Source: Sedimentisphaerales bacterium
GTDB taxonomy: Bacteria > Planctomycetota > Phycisphaerae > Sedimentisphaerales > Anaerobacaceae
Length of the DNA: 64,000 nt
NCBI GenBank assembly: GCA_963708075.1
Contig: OY970194.1
Location: 2,336,001 to 2,400,000 of the forward strand
Reading direction: 5' to 3'
Shown one piece after another: positions 58,441 through 64,000 of the stretch. Within the stretch, counting starts at the first letter, position 1, and every line of letters starts with the position of its first letter. The notes beneath the pieces are model-generated. The model was not told where the DNA came from. It worked only from the letters and a program-made list of their open reading frames with translations, and did no database searches. A program made the position numbers and the translations under genes.

Positions 58441-58998
58441 TCACAAATAGATTTCCCGCCGTCCTTGCCCCTGTCGTGACAACCCTCGCTCGATCAAGCA
58501 AGCGTAGCTGTCGGCGGTGTGCGGCACGTCGGACAATCCAATCATGGACTGCACCTGTCCAATCGTGCCGGAGTCCGGCCCTTCGATCTCCACGAATGCT
58601 CCTATCAGCGGCAACTCATCCAGGGCGACTTCACACCCACGCAGACTCCACAAGCGACGTCTCTTATTGAACGCCAGAGCCTTCTGGTAACCAAGCCCGC
58701 CGAGCAGCGATTCCGTCGTCGCCGCGTCCTTCACTTCAAGCTCGGCCTCCTGCCGCTTCTTGAAGTCATCCTTTTCCTTGGGGCCCTTGTAGGCAAGGAT
58801 GAGCCGCTCTCGCAACGCCGTCTTCTCAATCCGCAGCCGCAGGCATTTATCCGCCCTCGTCAACTCGCGGTCGGCCGTGTCAAAGTACCAATCCGTCTGA
58901 ACAACCTCGCGCAGGAAGGACGCTCCGCACTCTGCGAGCCTGCGCTCAACCTCGTGCAGCGAATCCACCTTCAGCTTGGCCTCGATCTCCACGTGCAT
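58441..58998 (-). CDS. cyaB: CYTH domain / class IV adenylate cyclase-like protein
   Basis: EIEAK, DWYFD, LRLR, YKGPK, KRR and FVEIE. Confidence 0.8.
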   Translation of the reverse strand: MHVEIEAKLKVDSLHEVERRLAECGASFLREVVQTDWYFDTADRELTRADKCLRLRIEKTALRERLILAYKGPKEKDDFKKRQEAELEVKDAATTESLLGGLGYQKALAFNKRRRLWSLRGCEVALDELPLIGAFVEIEGPDSGTIGQVQSMIGLSDVPHTADSYACLIERGLSRQGQGRREIYL

Positions 58999-59014
58999 AG
59001 ATACCTATCGACGC

Positions 59015-61570
<2,556 letters not shown>

Positions 61571-61624
61571 GTACGTCAGTAGCCTCATAAACAGTTTGCA
61601 TCAGGACTGGGCATGCGGATGCAT

Positions 61625-61653
61625 ACTATAGTATTCTCCCGTGCCCGTGTAAA
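61625..61653 (-). promoter_or_regulatory. putative sigma70 promoter of the leuS operon
   Basis: TTTACA-N17-TATAGT on the minus strand. Confidence 0.55.
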
Positions 61654-61825
61654 TGTGCTAACGAGGGAGATAAATGTGATTTCGTGGCAGGAAACGACAA
61701 TTCCGCGGGCGCAGACCGGCAGTCTGGCGTGTTCTGCCCGCGACGTACGCAGATCATGGCTTCGGACGGACTCGGTGATCAGTCCTGATAAGCGGCTTCT
61801 TTACCTGGTTTGAACGATGAAGGTC

Positions 61826-62893
61826 TCAATTCAGCCAAGCTGAGAACAAGCTTCCAAAGCCGTCCGTCAAACCGGCGACAGAGACATTCGCCATGATCGT
61901 GAACGGTATGTCGCTCAGGTCGTTGACGGACAGCCTCGTGCTGCTGGAGACCCGGATCAGGCACAGGTCGGACTCGACCAGAGGAACCACCCACCTGTAC
62001 TGGCCGGTGTTGCCGATGTTCGGCGGGTACACGGGCGACCACATTCCACCCGCGTCGATCGAGAATTCCACGAGCACGTCTTCCGCAATACCCGTACTCG
62101 TCCATTTGATCGCCATGATGTCGCCTGCATCGACGGTGACGGCGGTGTTCGGCACCGTCAGAGTAATGGATGCCTCGGCGGGTGTGATGACCGGGCGCAA
62201 CTTGCTGAAGCTCTGCGAGCCCCAGCGGTTCGGTGAGCCGAAGGTACTGAAATCATCGCCGTCGTCATAGTCAGTCGAGTTCGCCAGGACCGTGGCGCTC
62301 GGGTTATCCTCCAGACGGCAAACCTCGGTGCTGCTGATTCCAGTGGCGGGACTGACGCCCTCCCCTGCGGGTCCAAAGATGGTCGCACCACTCGCGTTTC
62401 GTATCTTCAACTGCCAGTTCGTGGCGCTGACGGGAAAGGATGACTTCTTGATGTACTTGCCGTCGCCGTTGTTGTTGGCCTGCACATTGATCCACCAGTC
62501 CCCGGCGGCAGGATTATAGCTGACGTCGCTGGGCACGTCCTCGGCCACCGTGATGATCGTGCCGGCCCGCAGATCACTCCATATCGCGTCCTGCGTCAGG
62601 GTAAGCGTCTCGTCGAGAACCCCGTCCTCGTATACGTCGAGCTGCCAGCCCTTCATATTCAGATGGTCCTTGATGACGACCAGCTCGAACCAATCGCCGC
62701 CGTTACCCATGACGCGACCAAAGTACGTGTCGAAGGCCCGGCCGCCCGCTTCGTCCATCGCGGCATCGCCGCCGCCAAGGAAGTCGTTGCTATCGACGGC
62801 GTTATACTCGTTCAAGATAATGTCCGCCGCCCAGACGCCCTGGGCCATGAATGATAGCACCGCAACCAACAATAATGTCCGTGTCGTGCTCAT
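61826..62893 (-). CDS. secreted lamin-tail-like domain protein with Ser/Thr-rich Ig-like module
   Basis: Signal peptide; IILNEYNAV..DWFELVV..STFGSPN; IKW..G..V.VEFSIDAG..W..NTGQYRWVVP. Confidence 0.7.
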   Translation of the reverse strand: MSTTRTLLLVAVLSFMAQGVWAADIILNEYNAVDSNDFLGGGDAAMDEAGGRAFDTYFGRVMGNGGDWFELVVIKDHLNMKGWQLDVYEDGVLDETLTLTQDAIWSDLRAGTIITVAEDVPSDVSYNPAAGDWWINVQANNNGDGKYIKKSSFPVSATNWQLKIRNASGATIFGPAGEGVSPATGISSTEVCRLEDNPSATVLANSTDYDDGDDFSTFGSPNRWGSQSFSKLRPVITPAEASITLTVPNTAVTVDAGDIMAIKWTSTGIAEDVLVEFSIDAGGMWSPVYPPNIGNTGQYRWVVPLVESDLCLIRVSSSTRLSVNDLSDIPFTIMANVSVAGLTDGFGSLFSAWLN

Positions 62894-62997
62894 GATTCCA
62901 CCCTTTCTCTCACTCAGAGGCAATAGAAAAACCCTTGACTCCGTTCAAGATAGCCCCCATCTCTGCACAGGCCATCGATCTCTACTATACCATGGGA

Positions 62998-64000
62998 TCA
63001 TTCCCGTGTCAATGATGGGTCCGCATTCGATGCGGTTCTTGCCACGGGCGTTGTGGAGGGTCCGATCTCCCACATGCCGTCCGGCCGGACCTGGAGCACT
63101 TCCGTATCACGATAGAAGTTCAGGGTCGCTGTGGCGTAATCAACGAGCGCATCGGCGGCCTCGTTGCAGGAATTGTACAAATGTTGCTCGGCATCGAGGA
63201 CGCGCCGGCTGCTCACCCGCGAGTACTCCAGGAGCACGGATGTCTTTCGGATGCGCTCGCGAGCCAGCTCGAGCCCTTCCGACAAAACCTCATATCTCTC
63301 CGCCGCTTCCATCAGCTTGCGATGAGCCTCGCGGACTTCCAGGCGAACGGTATCTGCCGACAGATCATATTCGCGCTGCCGCTGGTTCAGCAGGACCAAC
63401 GCCTTGCGATACACGCCCTGCTCGGGCACCCGGTCCAACGGCAAATCGAGGACCGGCCCCACCGCAATGTCTTTTTCGCCTCTGGCGTCAACATCGACGG
63501 TGCCCACAACCGTAAGCCCCGCGCCCAAGGCATCCTTGGCCACGTACACGGCACGTTGCGCATCGAGCACCATATCAGCGCTGTTGACCACGTCCAGGCG
63601 CCGACACAGGGCTGCTTCAATCGCCTCATCAAGGACGAAATCCGGGCGCGGCAGACCGTGGGCCTGAAGCGCATCAAGCACGCCCATGTCCAACCCGAAC
63701 TCCGAGGTCGGCGGCACACCAAGGGTGATCTTGTACAAGTCCAGAGATCGCTCGTACTCCTTGTCCGCCAGAATGTAGGTATCGCGAGCGCGAAGGATTT
63801 CCTGACGGACCCGGTCCAATTCTTCCGCCGGCAACCTCCCGGCTCCGACGAGACGCTCCACCTGGTCACGCAGTTTCTCGAGCGACTTGCGGTAGTCCTC
63901 CGTGTTCCGCGCGACCTCATACAACTCCAGGACCTCATAGTACTGCGTGATCACCGAGACCACGAACGTCTTGCGGAATCGATTGAAAGTCCTGATCTGG
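62998..64000 (-). CDS. TolC-family outer membrane efflux protein, 5' partial
   Basis: Frame open to window end (QIRTFNRFRKTFVVSV); ALCRRLD, LDLPLDR and VLDAEQ OEP repeats. Confidence 0.78.
   Translation of the reverse strand, partial: QIRTFNRFRKTFVVSVITQYYEVLELYEVARNTEDYRKSLEKLRDQVERLVGAGRLPAEELDRVRQEILRARDTYILADKEYERSLDLYKITLGVPPTSEFGLDMGVLDALQAHGLPRPDFVLDEAIEAALCRRLDVVNSADMVLDAQRAVYVAKDALGAGLTVVGTVDVDARGEKDIAVGPVLDLPLDRVPEQGVYRKALVLLNQRQREYDLSADTVRLEVREAHRKLMEAAERYEVLSEGLELARERIRKTSVLLEYSRVSSRRVLDAEQHLYNSCNEAADALVDYATATLNFYRDTEVLQVRPDGMWEIGPSTTPVARTASNADPSLTRE

Overview
GC-rich, gene-dense bacterial chromosomal window. Gene content and protein styles (GLUG, lamin-tail/CotH, DUF1080, HzsA-like proteins, coaE-rho) suggest an anaerobic Planctomycetota, probably Phycisphaerae/Sedimentisphaerales; this placement is inference. 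The left half (1-33 kb) is accessory or catabolic: an HzsA-like CxxCH protein, Fe-ADH, a GLUG remnant, secreted LTD/CotH proteins, a double-MBL hydrolase, an SSS transporter with a divergent galactokinase, pyrK/pyrD, sulfatase/M14/heparinase-II-III, a UroD/MT-I-like protein and a Gfo-Idh-MocA/DUF1080/TIM cluster. The right half is housekeeping (coaE, rho, valS, lspA, gpmI, mutL, btuFCD-like, dksA-like, yacG, capD-like, xerC, radical SAM, kdsA, CYTH, leuS, TolC). I recognised no rRNA, tRNA, CRISPR-cas or transposase. The most unusual locus is 3557-5011. It encodes a 'STGPRTxEGK...NAxKHGL' domain protein whose 3' half is an array of a constant TTGGCTTTGTTTC motif separated by REP-like palindromes and short repeats, one of which recurs about 40 kb away. 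A second pattern is a set of 7-mer/9-mer tandem repeats, often inverted, sitting on stop and start codons at successive gene junctions. Three genes (CotH/LTD, pyrD, kdsA) carry single frameshifts, most likely assembly indels. Functional calls come from motif recognition only; no database search was run.
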